Shown piece after piece: positions 14,901 through 23,304 of a stretch of 26,263 nt of DNA. The position numbers and the translations under genes were made by a program. Each line of letters begins with the position of its first letter. Position 1 is the first letter of the stretch. Source of the DNA: a virus (Duplodnaviria; Caudoviricetes); the IMG/VR virus record IMGVR_UViG_3300044844_000952, positions 1 through 26,263 of that record. One strand, written 5' to 3'. The notes under the pieces are model-generated. The model worked only from the letters and a program-made list of their open reading frames with translations. It searched no databases and was not told where the DNA came from.

Positions 14901-17328
14901 AGGTACTCAACAGCGCAAGCAGATCGATAAATATTTTGGTGAGCTCTTTGATGGTGGGCGGCTTGGCGTCGTTATCCAAGGACAAATACGTACCGCAGTA
15001 TCTAATGGTGTAGCTACCATTGGAGAGGAAATTGCAACAATTCAGCCAGAATTGAGGCGTCTTTCAGATCTTGTATTCGAAGGATTCACTCCATTTGCTG
15101 GACAGGTAAGATTTGGTGGCGAAGGGTTCTTTAACTACTTCAATACGCTTTCATCTGAAATACAGAACTCATTTAATGGGGTTGGACTCGCACTTGGAAC
15201 TCTTCAAGGAATAAGTGCAGAGCAAGCACGGCTTATTGGCGTAGCATTAAGCAATAATATTGGAGGTAGTCTTCAAAACCTTCAAGTTCTTGTTCAACAA
15301 ACTGGAGAAAGTTTTGAAGATCTTTCTCAGGCTATTCTTAAAGCATTCAGAGATTCTCAACTTACTGCAGAAGAAGCTTATAACGCTCTTGTACAGCTTC
15401 AAAATATTTACTCTGAAGGTATCCCTGGGGCTATTGGAGACTTCCAACAAGCCATAGATAATCTCAATACCTCACTTAAAAATGAACAGCCTGGACAGTA
15501 TGCCCTCGACTCACTGAGAGATATTGGAGCAGAGGGCCAAGAAGCCCGTGCATCATTTGAATCTGTTATATCAAGCCTTGGACAGACATTTGGATTTGCT
15601 GCAGATCAGCAAGCTCGTCTTTTTGAAGCCCTTAGATTAAGTGGCATTGCAACTCTTGCAGATCTTGCTAAGGCAAGTGATGCACAGCTTCTTACGCTTA
15701 TTAGAAACATCAACGCCATTAAGGAAAATGCTGCAGCTCCTCTTGCGGCAGCTCCAACTATTCCTAGCACTAAAACTGGCGGCGGCGGAGGATCAAGAAA
15801 AAAGAGTCCTCAGGAAATAGCAAAAGAGCTTCTCGAAAAGCAGCGAGAGGAGGCGAGGAAGCTTCTTCAAGATTCTCAGGCATATCTTAATGTTATTAAG
15901 CAGATAAACAACGGACAGCTTACAAGTGTCGCAGCTGGCAAAGAGATCGTAAGACTGCAGAAAGAACTTCTCGACGCTATCATCGCTAGAGACAAAAAAG
16001 AGAAAGAGCTTAATGCAGAGCTTGATAAGGGCGCTAAAGGCAATAAGAAGCGAATTGGAGAGCTGTCTCAAGAGCTCGCTAAGCTTGAAGAGAAGCTTGA
16101 GAAAGCGAGAGAAAAAGCCAATGAAGTAACAAGAGAGTATAAGACCCTTAATATTGAGGCAATCATTCCACTTATTAAGAGTCAGAACTCTCTTGGGGTT
16201 GTAGCTCGGCAGATTGGCGTAGACCTTCAGAAGAACGTAGACATACTGGTCAAGGGTTTCATGCAGGGACGCCTTAGCATCTCTGAGGCAAACAAGGAGA
16301 TTGCCAAGACTAAAGAACTTCTTGGGCCAGGAATTCCTAATGCAGTTGGTGCTGTAAGCGATGCATTCCAGAACCTTATCGATGCCGGAACTACTGGCGG
16401 TGCATTTAGCGCAGATGCGTTTGTCGATATCTTCGCCGAATTTAGAGAAAAGTTTAACAAGGAAGGCTCTGCGCTGCGAGAAGTTCAAAGAAAGCAGCTA
16501 AACGAGAATCTTGATGCTGCAAGGGCAGCGGCAAGAAATGCAGTAGGCCCAGAAGCATCCGAGGCAGCTCAAAAGGCCTTGGCGCTTGCAAAGAAGGCTC
16601 TCGATGACTTTAGGAATGAGCCTCTCGCCCCAGACCTCTCCGATCTAAAGGACCAGCTTAAGAATTCGTTTAGCACCGATCAAGTTGAGACATTCTTTAG
16701 AGCTCTTGATGAAAGCGGTCTTAAGAGCCTTGAGGAGTTTGAGAACGCTGGGTCTCAGAAGATTCTATCTATCCTTGGAAGACTTGAGGAGCTTGGATTC
16801 AAGTTCGGCGAAACATCCGATGAGGCCAAGGGTATTAACAAGGGTCTTCAGGATGCAGAAACTGCTGCAAATGCAGGACTTGACCCGCTCAAACAAGCGA
16901 TAGACCTTGTGAAGCAGTTTAACGATGGCGCTGCTACATTACCTCCTGCGTTTAACTCTACCACCGAGGCAATTGGCAATCTTAACGGGCCACTAGAAAA
17001 ACTTGCATCGGGATTTGATAAAATCATAGAGAAGCTTGGACTTCTTAACGGTCAGAGATTCGAGAATGATGTGGTCTTTAACATCAGCACCACTGGAGAT
17101 CAGGGTGGCCAAGCGCTTGTCGAGCTGATATTTGGAGATGGTTCTCAAGCAAGCGCCCCGACTGGTAGCGGCAGCACTACTGGCGGGAGCACCACTGGTG
17201 GCGGCAGCGGGACGACGACCGGGGGCGGCATGGGCAATAGAAGCGACTGGATTAGACAAAGCCCTGGCATATATAAGAACAGAAGGACCGGAAAGATTAT
17301 CAGGTCAAGAAAAAACCCAGGCGCATAG
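11986..17328 (+). CDS. Tape measure protein (1780 aa)
   Basis: N-terminal IKINVTLDT, Ala/Gln/Glu/Lys helical composition, LRDATQGLISD..L and GLGRQSRLYLDNLGI motifs, Gly/Ala hydrophobic segments. Follows the G/GT chaperones. Confidence 0.95.
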   Translation: MAGFGDSNDIKINVTLDTEGAIKSAEQLKSALESGLKSTEQQFKKIEGLSKSMSAVLIEEIKSKERIQLESLKNEAAAERRRHLEVLANANPEVAITKLKYQSAAKEAQASAQQQIAAAQRTSDEKIKADQRAADNAIKLRQLQVREAEAAARQTAATESTLRTQILENIAKINQATARIKKPTGGGLGDTAGSGKLVDALKNSVAGLSLQFGNVNVGFASFINNFKNLGVVGGSVAGIVAAVGAIQRLDKQIDQLAEQANKVEGLAAGFQVLQRTVGQDPSTSIQKLRDATQGLISDVQLYQRANQAVLLGVPTDTFNQAAAAAVKLGRAMGIDAAFGLESLSLGLGRQSRLYLDNLGIIVSAEQAYANFAMTVGKTANDLTDSEKKQAFFAEALKKIKERAEELPDPLDTVGVALQRLQAAQENANTKFSEGINTSKALTDAYKDQAKQAALAAESNERYGAAVGLLGGFVKQLANDIRGIGLIARNAGVEIVGAFADLTPEERLQTLDKTIKKLEESTNQLREARSAAENEGDQFSPTLANRLKEQEAALVAARKETEALTTEIARLRGEGAQGVKINVDISAITEARSAFTNLFAKIKEDTLKDAGQVEVPGIAPEVLQQASIAYEKLVFGLDQGTVSTAKFNEEFAKLQANVGQSAAAAKVGELTQEIAKLQEQSKQAGADQNEFSTKIKIASEQLAEASRQGGLYGKTAEKLGELLVISGKKGKKASEDLKSAQKDAAKQSATALKQQEQQLKDLTKSLGRSLGQAIPKNVQQQLLDVFNEPQQSAEELRAKIEEIGKEFLKAGGDYQAFAKEVKGLNDLKNEMPDQPLSGTSESINEAKQYNKELAQAQEGLLNIRKLIYGDNQDPNQKAAGGGFFGFDLGENATQEMEAQIAGQFQDALAGAFQAGADGFSREDVPGIAASIGSATGAAIAASIGVPPEVGAAIGNVLGQIVGESLAELGKDLEGTQQRKQIDKYFGELFDGGRLGVVIQGQIRTAVSNGVATIGEEIATIQPELRRLSDLVFEGFTPFAGQVRFGGEGFFNYFNTLSSEIQNSFNGVGLALGTLQGISAEQARLIGVALSNNIGGSLQNLQVLVQQTGESFEDLSQAILKAFRDSQLTAEEAYNALVQLQNIYSEGIPGAIGDFQQAIDNLNTSLKNEQPGQYALDSLRDIGAEGQEARASFESVISSLGQTFGFAADQQARLFEALRLSGIATLADLAKASDAQLLTLIRNINAIKENAAAPLAAAPTIPSTKTGGGGGSRKKSPQEIAKELLEKQREEARKLLQDSQAYLNVIKQINNGQLTSVAAGKEIVRLQKELLDAIIARDKKEKELNAELDKGAKGNKKRIGELSQELAKLEEKLEKAREKANEVTREYKTLNIEAIIPLIKSQNSLGVVARQIGVDLQKNVDILVKGFMQGRLSISEANKEIAKTKELLGPGIPNAVGAVSDAFQNLIDAGTTGGAFSADAFVDIFAEFREKFNKEGSALREVQRKQLNENLDAARAAARNAVGPEASEAAQKALALAKKALDDFRNEPLAPDLSDLKDQLKNSFSTDQVETFFRALDESGLKSLEEFENAGSQKILSILGRLEELGFKFGETSDEAKGINKGLQDAETAANAGLDPLKQAIDLVKQFNDGAATLPPAFNSTTEAIGNLNGPLEKLASGFDKIIEKLGLLNGQRFENDVVFNISTTGDQGGQALVELIFGDGSQASAPTGSGSTTGGSTTGGGSGTTTGGGMGNRSDWIRQSPGIYKNRRTGKIIRSRKNPGA

Positions 17329-17338
17329 AGGATAGTAG

Positions 17339-18178
17339 ATGGCTTCAAGTTTCCTCATCCTGAAACCAGATGTCCCAGATTCTGCCCTGGTAATTACCTC
17401 GTCTACGCCATTTGAAGAAGACTATCCAGTATCTGCAAGTTTCTATGGTCGAGGGTATACCCACGCTCGTATCCAAAGCGCCGTAGGCTCGTTTGAGATC
17501 ACGTTTGACCTTGGGACAGGTAACTCAAGGGCAGTGGACCATCTCGTCTTGGGTGGCATTAAATCTCTTGTAGCGACCTCCACGACTGGCGTAGTTCTTA
17601 GCGGATCCAACAATGGAACCACCTGGGTCTCTCAGCTTGGCACGACCTCCAACTTCCTGACTAGAACTGCAAACGGCCCGTATCAAGACGACGTTATATT
17701 TACGCCTACATATAACGATCAGATTGCTGGTACTATTTCCCCGTATAGGTATTTTAAGCTAGCGATATCAAAGGCATCTGGCACCGCTCAGTTTGCCTTT
17801 AGAAAGCTATATTTTGGTGAATCGTTCGACATGGGGAAAGAGCCAGATAACTACAATCTTGAGGTAGCAAACGAGGGGGATGCAGACACTTGGAAGTACC
17901 CTCGTGGGCATACTATTTTGTCGAAGGCGTACTACCCCAAGCACAGGGTCACGGTCGAGTGGGATGGCGTAGATGACGCAAAGGCAAACGACTTTATTGA
18001 CAGAGTTTTAAATGACCCATATCGCAGCACTGTTTATCTTTATGCTGCTAATTACCAAGATCCTCTTTATGACAACAAGCTCATGCACTGTCGTGTTGTC
18101 CCTGGCGAGTGTTCAATATCAAAAGATAATGAAGTAGCTGGATGGAATAATATCAAAGCAGTGTTTGAGGAGGTGTAG
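17339..18178 (+). CDS. Distal-tail-like protein with N-terminal discoidin/galactose-binding-like domain
   Basis: First gene after the tape measure. ITFDLG...LSGSNNGTTW...YRYFKL is F5/8-type-C-like, and it ends in AVFEEV as many Dit-like proteins do. Confidence 0.6.
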   Translation: MASSFLILKPDVPDSALVITSSTPFEEDYPVSASFYGRGYTHARIQSAVGSFEITFDLGTGNSRAVDHLVLGGIKSLVATSTTGVVLSGSNNGTTWVSQLGTTSNFLTRTANGPYQDDVIFTPTYNDQIAGTISPYRYFKLAISKASGTAQFAFRKLYFGESFDMGKEPDNYNLEVANEGDADTWKYPRGHTILSKAYYPKHRVTVEWDGVDDAKANDFIDRVLNDPYRSTVYLYAANYQDPLYDNKLMHCRVVPGECSISKDNEVAGWNNIKAVFEEV

Positions 18179-18181
18179 TAA

Positions 18182-18955
18182 ATGCCAACTAATCTCCTAA
18201 TCAGCTACGCAGATATTCCAAACGCAGCAACCGCTAGCTCTATTAACAATGCATCTTCATCTATCTATCCATACCAAAATCTCTTTGGTGGAAATAAGAC
18301 GGATCTTCATTATCTCAACACAGCTACTAGCGGCGACACTCGTATAATGCTGGAGCTCCCGAGTGGAACAACGAAGTCGTGCAACTTTATTTACATCGCT
18401 CGTGCAAATCTTTTGCAGCAGGCAAGTGTAGGGACAATTACTCTTAAGGCCAATTCGACTAATGACTATGGCACAGCGACGACCATAAGGACTATCTCTT
18501 CGTTTGGCTCACAGACACTCTACGGGCCAAATGACGATGACTATATTGAGCACTTCACGCCAAGCGCAGCGTATCGCTATTGGTTCATTAACTACAATGC
18601 GACGAGCGCATCGAAGATTCCTCACGCTAAATTCTTCTTTGGCTCTTCTTTTGACCCTGGGCTAGATCCCAACGCTCCTGCGACAATCACTCGCATTAAA
18701 CAGGGCGGAGCGCAGCGAAGACCCACATATGGATTCGAGTTTACATGGAATGGCCTTTCGTATGCCAAGGCAGTACAGATGTATTTAAAGTTTTATAAGA
18801 CGAGAAGGTATACGCCTCTTATTATTTCTACAAACTCGTGGCACGACATATTGATGGGCAATAGGGTTATTTACTGCAGGCTGACAGAAATGAGCCTTCC
18901 GCCACGTGTTACTGATTACTGCGATGTGACTGCCACATTTGAGGAGATGCCATGA
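18182..18955 (+). CDS. Paralog of 17339..18178 (distal-tail-like protein)
   Basis: Colinear motif matches along its length (GP..DD.I, YRY, K.FFG.SFD.G, CR, FEE). Confidence 0.6.
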   Translation: MPTNLLISYADIPNAATASSINNASSSIYPYQNLFGGNKTDLHYLNTATSGDTRIMLELPSGTTKSCNFIYIARANLLQQASVGTITLKANSTNDYGTATTIRTISSFGSQTLYGPNDDDYIEHFTPSAAYRYWFINYNATSASKIPHAKFFFGSSFDPGLDPNAPATITRIKQGGAQRRPTYGFEFTWNGLSYAKAVQMYLKFYKTRRYTPLIISTNSWHDILMGNRVIYCRLTEMSLPPRVTDYCDVTATFEEMP

Positions 18956-21432
18956 CCTCTCCAAGCTTTAACTACTTTTACAGAGTTGAGATACAGGTGG
19001 CGCAATATACGCTTGGCGGCGTTAAGATTGACCGTCTTAACGTGCGTGAGCTTATTACTCGTACATACAACTTCGTAAACAAGTCACTTCGAGACGCAAC
19101 AACTCCCAGCGATCGAGAGACCTATATTCCAATACTGGAAAGCATTGGAGAGGTGACGCTTTCAGCAGGTGAGATTCTCCCATCGTTCTCTCTTTCTTCT
19201 ATTACTATCGATGACTCCCGTGGTTCGTTTGGACCAGACCGAAGATTCTCGGATCTCCTAGAGAGATTTACTCTGATTGATCAGCCTATAAACATCTACT
19301 TAGGCGAATCTTCTAACGAAGTAGACGCCCCTGCAACCTGGACTCAAATTGGCTCTGGCGTTGTTACGTCTTGGTCAAAAGCACTCTCGGGCGACAAGCC
19401 CACAATGACAATTCAATTAGAGCCGTTCAAGATTTCAGATCGTGTAATGAACCTTGAAGTGTCACGAGACATTGGGGGTATGGAAAGCGCTCCCCAGGCA
19501 TCTCTTGGAAAAGCGCTTCCTATCGCTTTCAACAAGGTCAATTCGGGGCTCTCTTCGCCAATAGACCGATACCCACAAGTGCTTCCTACTCGCATATCTG
19601 CCGATGGTAACGAGACAGCAAAGTATGCTCTTACGACGCAGCTGTATGGAGTCACGAAAGCGAGAATCCAGCCAAACTATTACGCAAAAAAGGCGTGGGC
19701 AGATGGAAGTAATATCTGGGCTTCTATATCATTCACCAGAGCAGCGCCTGATTATACCACTCCGCTGGTGGGGACTTACTATTCGCTCAATGCGACATCA
19801 GGAAAAGCGCATAGGATTCCACAGATTACAGCTACTAACAATGAGACTGGATTTATTGTAACTGGCGTAGAATTTAAGGTTAAGGGCAACAGTACTAATC
19901 CAGTGCGAGTCAGCGGCGGTTCTTTTACTGCCTCTTTACTTCTCGTAGATCGAGTTACGTACAATGTTGTTCAGGTTCTTGGAAAGGGAACTGTGCAACT
20001 TGCTAATTACGATACCCTCAACAATGCTAGCGGCACTTTCTCGGTAAATGTTTCATTTGATGCGCCATCTGTCATAGAGCTGACATCCGCTCGTGAGTAT
20101 GACTTTTATATAGCTTGGGAATCAGCAAATATAAACATTGACGACTTATCATTGCAAAAGTACAACGAAACAGTACCTATGCTTTATAGAAGTGCTGCAG
20201 GAACGCAGGATAACTGGGGCAAAGGCACTTCAGAGCAGCTGGTAGCCCACAAACTTCGCATCGTGACTGCGACCTCTACGGTCCACGAAAATACCTATAC
20301 TCGCGACGGCTATACCTATTCTTCAATGACGCTAAGCCAACCGACGCCTGACAGCGGGCAAGCTAACTGCGATCTCGATTCTCTTGAGATTGTTAATCTG
20401 GTGGAAGGGTTCTGTAAGTATTCCGACAACGCTCGAATCTACGATCCTCCGACAATCATCAAGCTGCTATCGTACGAATGGGACGGAGAGCAATGGAACG
20501 ACATAAGTGCGGTAGACACGACAAGCCTTCAGACATCTCACTATGACGAAGTGTTTGCAAGTGCTTCTGGCAATTATAGGGCCAGGTATCTCACGGGCAT
20601 CATAGAGGCGAAGAGCACCTATACTCAAGTAATCTCGGAGATTGCCCGTGGCAGTGCGTCAAAGATTGGCGTATTTGGCGATAGCAAACTCTTTGTGCAC
20701 CCTTGGGGCGTGAGCACTACTCCAACTTATATAATCCCACAGGCCGATATTATCCCACTATCCTGGGAGAACAGGACGGACGAATCTATAGTCAACAGAA
20801 CTCAGATTACATTTGGCAAATACTACGCAACCAACATCTCTCAGGACGCTGCGAAAGAAGGCTATTTGTACTCAATCGACTTTTCGAACGAATCGTACCT
20901 AGCAGTTCAGCAGATAACAGAACGTAGTCGGTCACTCTTTGGGGCCAGAAATATCGTAGAGAACACGTTCAATGTGTTTGGTTTTTCGGACACTAATCCA
21001 GTCGTAGGGCTCCCTGGGTATCTCACTGGAGGAGCTACTGCGAGCCAGCCGACATCGGGCGGAATCGTTATATACTCAGTAGACTTTCTTGCCGACTACT
21101 ATCTCTCTCGGTTTGCGCTGCCATTCATCTACTGTAGCTTTGTCGTCCCTTATCATCGCTATAAGGACATCAAGATGTTTGACGTGGTATCCTTTCACCA
21201 TTCCGAGTTCCCTGCATACTTCGGAACGGATCCTGCAGCACGTGCTGGAGTAGTAGATGATGGAACTGATGTAACTACTGTAGTTAATGCAAACTACGGA
21301 GAGGAGCTTGTAAGAGCGCAAAGTTATAGAGGACTCGTTGAAGCAGTTAGTTATGTTATGGCTATGGAACATGCGCCAGCGATTCGCCTAACAGTACAAG
21401 TGCTATTAAATACGGAGTATGACCCAACATGA
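18952..21432 (+). CDS. Tail tip/baseplate hub protein (Tal-like)
   Basis: 826 aa, beta-rich, in the canonical position after Dit. SITIDDSRG.F, GKALPIAF, IVNRTQITFG and SRSLFG motifs are hub-like. Confidence 0.65.
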   Translation: MTSPSFNYFYRVEIQVAQYTLGGVKIDRLNVRELITRTYNFVNKSLRDATTPSDRETYIPILESIGEVTLSAGEILPSFSLSSITIDDSRGSFGPDRRFSDLLERFTLIDQPINIYLGESSNEVDAPATWTQIGSGVVTSWSKALSGDKPTMTIQLEPFKISDRVMNLEVSRDIGGMESAPQASLGKALPIAFNKVNSGLSSPIDRYPQVLPTRISADGNETAKYALTTQLYGVTKARIQPNYYAKKAWADGSNIWASISFTRAAPDYTTPLVGTYYSLNATSGKAHRIPQITATNNETGFIVTGVEFKVKGNSTNPVRVSGGSFTASLLLVDRVTYNVVQVLGKGTVQLANYDTLNNASGTFSVNVSFDAPSVIELTSAREYDFYIAWESANINIDDLSLQKYNETVPMLYRSAAGTQDNWGKGTSEQLVAHKLRIVTATSTVHENTYTRDGYTYSSMTLSQPTPDSGQANCDLDSLEIVNLVEGFCKYSDNARIYDPPTIIKLLSYEWDGEQWNDISAVDTTSLQTSHYDEVFASASGNYRARYLTGIIEAKSTYTQVISEIARGSASKIGVFGDSKLFVHPWGVSTTPTYIIPQADIIPLSWENRTDESIVNRTQITFGKYYATNISQDAAKEGYLYSIDFSNESYLAVQQITERSRSLFGARNIVENTFNVFGFSDTNPVVGLPGYLTGGATASQPTSGGIVIYSVDFLADYYLSRFALPFIYCSFVVPYHRYKDIKMFDVVSFHHSEFPAYFGTDPAARAGVVDDGTDVTTVVNANYGEELVRAQSYRGLVEAVSYVMAMEHAPAIRLTVQVLLNTEYDPT

Positions 21433-22535
21433 CATATGCAGATAACTACAACATAAGAACAACTAGCGTTAAGTTTAATGACGTAGGGGATGCTCTTGAT
21501 GGCCTTATAACAAGAAACTATGCCGGGCTAACAACTGGCACATCGACTACATATATTGCGACGCCCACGCCAGCTTGGGATGCTTATACGACTTCTGGGC
21601 TAATTGTTATTATTCCGCATGTCTCAAACTCTGGTGCGTCCACAATTAACATTAGCGGATTGGGCGCTAAGGATTTAAGAATCGGAGGAGCTGCAATTTC
21701 CGCAGGGGTGCTTCAGCAAAATATCCCTACAATTATGGCATATACTGGCTCTGTATTTGAAATTCTTCTTCAGAACGTCAGCATTCCAATAGGACAGATA
21801 TCAGCTTTTGCAGGATCTAGCGCTCCTGTCGGATGGCTTATGTGCGATGGTTCGTCGCAATCCACTACTGGCGCATACGCAGCGCTGCATGGAGTTATCG
21901 GGTACACATATGGCGGCTCTGGGGCTTCTTTTAATCTTCCAGATCTTCTTCGTCGAGCTCCCGTTGGAAAAGGTGGAAGCGATACACTTGGCGGAAATGA
22001 TGGCGTGGCCTATGCGTCACGAAGTATGTCGCATACTCATACGATAAGTCATACGCATAATATCGAGAACCATCAACATACAGTTCCGGCGCACTATCAT
22101 ACAAATACATCTAACTCTTTATCCGTAGATATATCGCATAATCATTCGTCAAGCGCCGTTACTGGAACCGTTGGAGGAAGTGATGGAACACACGATCACG
22201 ATCTGAGGCAAGAGGCTGGAGGAGGTGGAACTGCCGATGGTTCTGCAGCTAATATAATAAGTCTAGTAGCAAGCACCGTTTCTGCATTTAGAAATAGCAA
22301 CAATCACTACACCGGCGGCGGTCACGGTCACTCGCATAGCCTGATTGCTTCTGGGCAGGTGTTAGGCTCAAACATTAAATATGTTTCGGGAACTGTTGGT
22401 ACTGGAGTAAACGGAGATGTTGCGTTCTCGACAAATGCAGGAGAGGGTGGAGTGGGTACAAGCTCGCAGACCGGAACTACGTCTGGCCCTAATACTCAAC
22501 AACATCTATTCGTAAATTATATCATCAAGTTCTAA
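21429..22535 (+). CDS. Tail fibre with tail collar domain and His-x-His needle
   Basis: PIGQISAFAGSSAPVGWLMCDG...YAALHGVIGYTYGG...FNLPDL collar signature, multiple HxH motifs, C-terminal VNYIIKF. Confidence 0.9.
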   Translation: MTYADNYNIRTTSVKFNDVGDALDGLITRNYAGLTTGTSTTYIATPTPAWDAYTTSGLIVIIPHVSNSGASTINISGLGAKDLRIGGAAISAGVLQQNIPTIMAYTGSVFEILLQNVSIPIGQISAFAGSSAPVGWLMCDGSSQSTTGAYAALHGVIGYTYGGSGASFNLPDLLRRAPVGKGGSDTLGGNDGVAYASRSMSHTHTISHTHNIENHQHTVPAHYHTNTSNSLSVDISHNHSSSAVTGTVGGSDGTHDHDLRQEAGGGGTADGSAANIISLVASTVSAFRNSNNHYTGGGHGHSHSLIASGQVLGSNIKYVSGTVGTGVNGDVAFSTNAGEGGVGTSSQTGTTSGPNTQQHLFVNYIIKF

Positions 22536-22545
22536 GGAGCTACTT

Positions 22546-22941
22546 ATGATCGATCAAATTACTATAGAACCAGCGCCAGAGGGTTCAAATGTAGAGAATA
22601 TTCTCCCTACATTTGGAAGTGTTGTGGTGGCCACAGACAAGCTCAATGGCCTTCAAAACGACCAGTATAGCGCGGCATTGCAATACGCTAACGATTCCGG
22701 GCAGCCGCTCGCTACGGTCGAGGTAGTCATTAACCCTATTACTCCAGTGGCTGGGGGAACTATTGAGATTGTCAATGGGTCTTTGGCTTATGAGATTACC
22801 CTTACGACTGAGACAACTGCTCGGAAATTGAAATTTGTTGATATCCCATCATCCTTTCTTTTGAGCTTCTTTTTAGTCAATAAGAGTGGAGATGAATTTC
22901 CCGCAAAGGGTAATTATATAGTCGTCGAGCCTCAATATTAA
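22546..22941 (+). CDS. Hypothetical beta-rich protein (131 aa), probable fibre-associated
   Basis: RBS AAGGAG. Similar to the visible part of the ORF starting at 26130. Confidence 0.7.
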   Translation: MIDQITIEPAPEGSNVENILPTFGSVVVATDKLNGLQNDQYSAALQYANDSGQPLATVEVVINPITPVAGGTIEIVNGSLAYEITLTTETTARKLKFVDIPSSFLLSFFLVNKSGDEFPAKGNYIVVEPQY

Positions 22942-22959
22942 AAGTATAATGAGAGCATT

Positions 22960-23304
22960 ATGGCAGCTGGACTTTACGACATACTTATTGAGCAGGGGGC
23001 TACTTTTGAGCTTAGTCTTACCTGGAAGGATAGTAACGATGCTCCGGTAAATATTACTGGGTACTCTGCTCGTATGCAGGTTCGAGAAACCTATGAGTCC
23101 GAGGATACCTTAGTATCTCTCACGTCACCTGGGGACATTACCCTTGGGGGAGCGTTGGGCACCATTCTGATTACCATACAGCCAGCGGTTACATCTACCC
23201 TTCCCCTACTTGAGGGTGTCTATGATATAGAAATGGTTGCTGCAAGCACGACTTACAGGCTATTGCAGGGTAAGGCCACAATCTCAAGAGAGGTTACTAG
23301 ATGA
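22960..23304 (+). CDS. Ig-like fibre anchor/collar protein (BppU-N / T5 p132-like)
   Basis: IEQGATF...VNITGYSARMQVR...G.I.I.I...GVYDIE...RLLQG...EVTR pattern, ATGA-coupled to the fibre gene. The family name is from memory and untested. Confidence 0.6.
   Translation: MAAGLYDILIEQGATFELSLTWKDSNDAPVNITGYSARMQVRETYESEDTLVSLTSPGDITLGGALGTILITIQPAVTSTLPLLEGVYDIEMVAASTTYRLLQGKATISREVTR

Noticed and set aside
15793-16488. 231-aa antisense ORF in the tape measure (and 24102..24962 in the fibre)
   Set aside because: Expected antisense shadows of long biased genes, with no motifs or RBS.
22945-22950. Perfect TATAAT before the anchor gene
   Set aside because: No -35 or extended -10. An AT-rich intergenic hexamer alone is insufficient.
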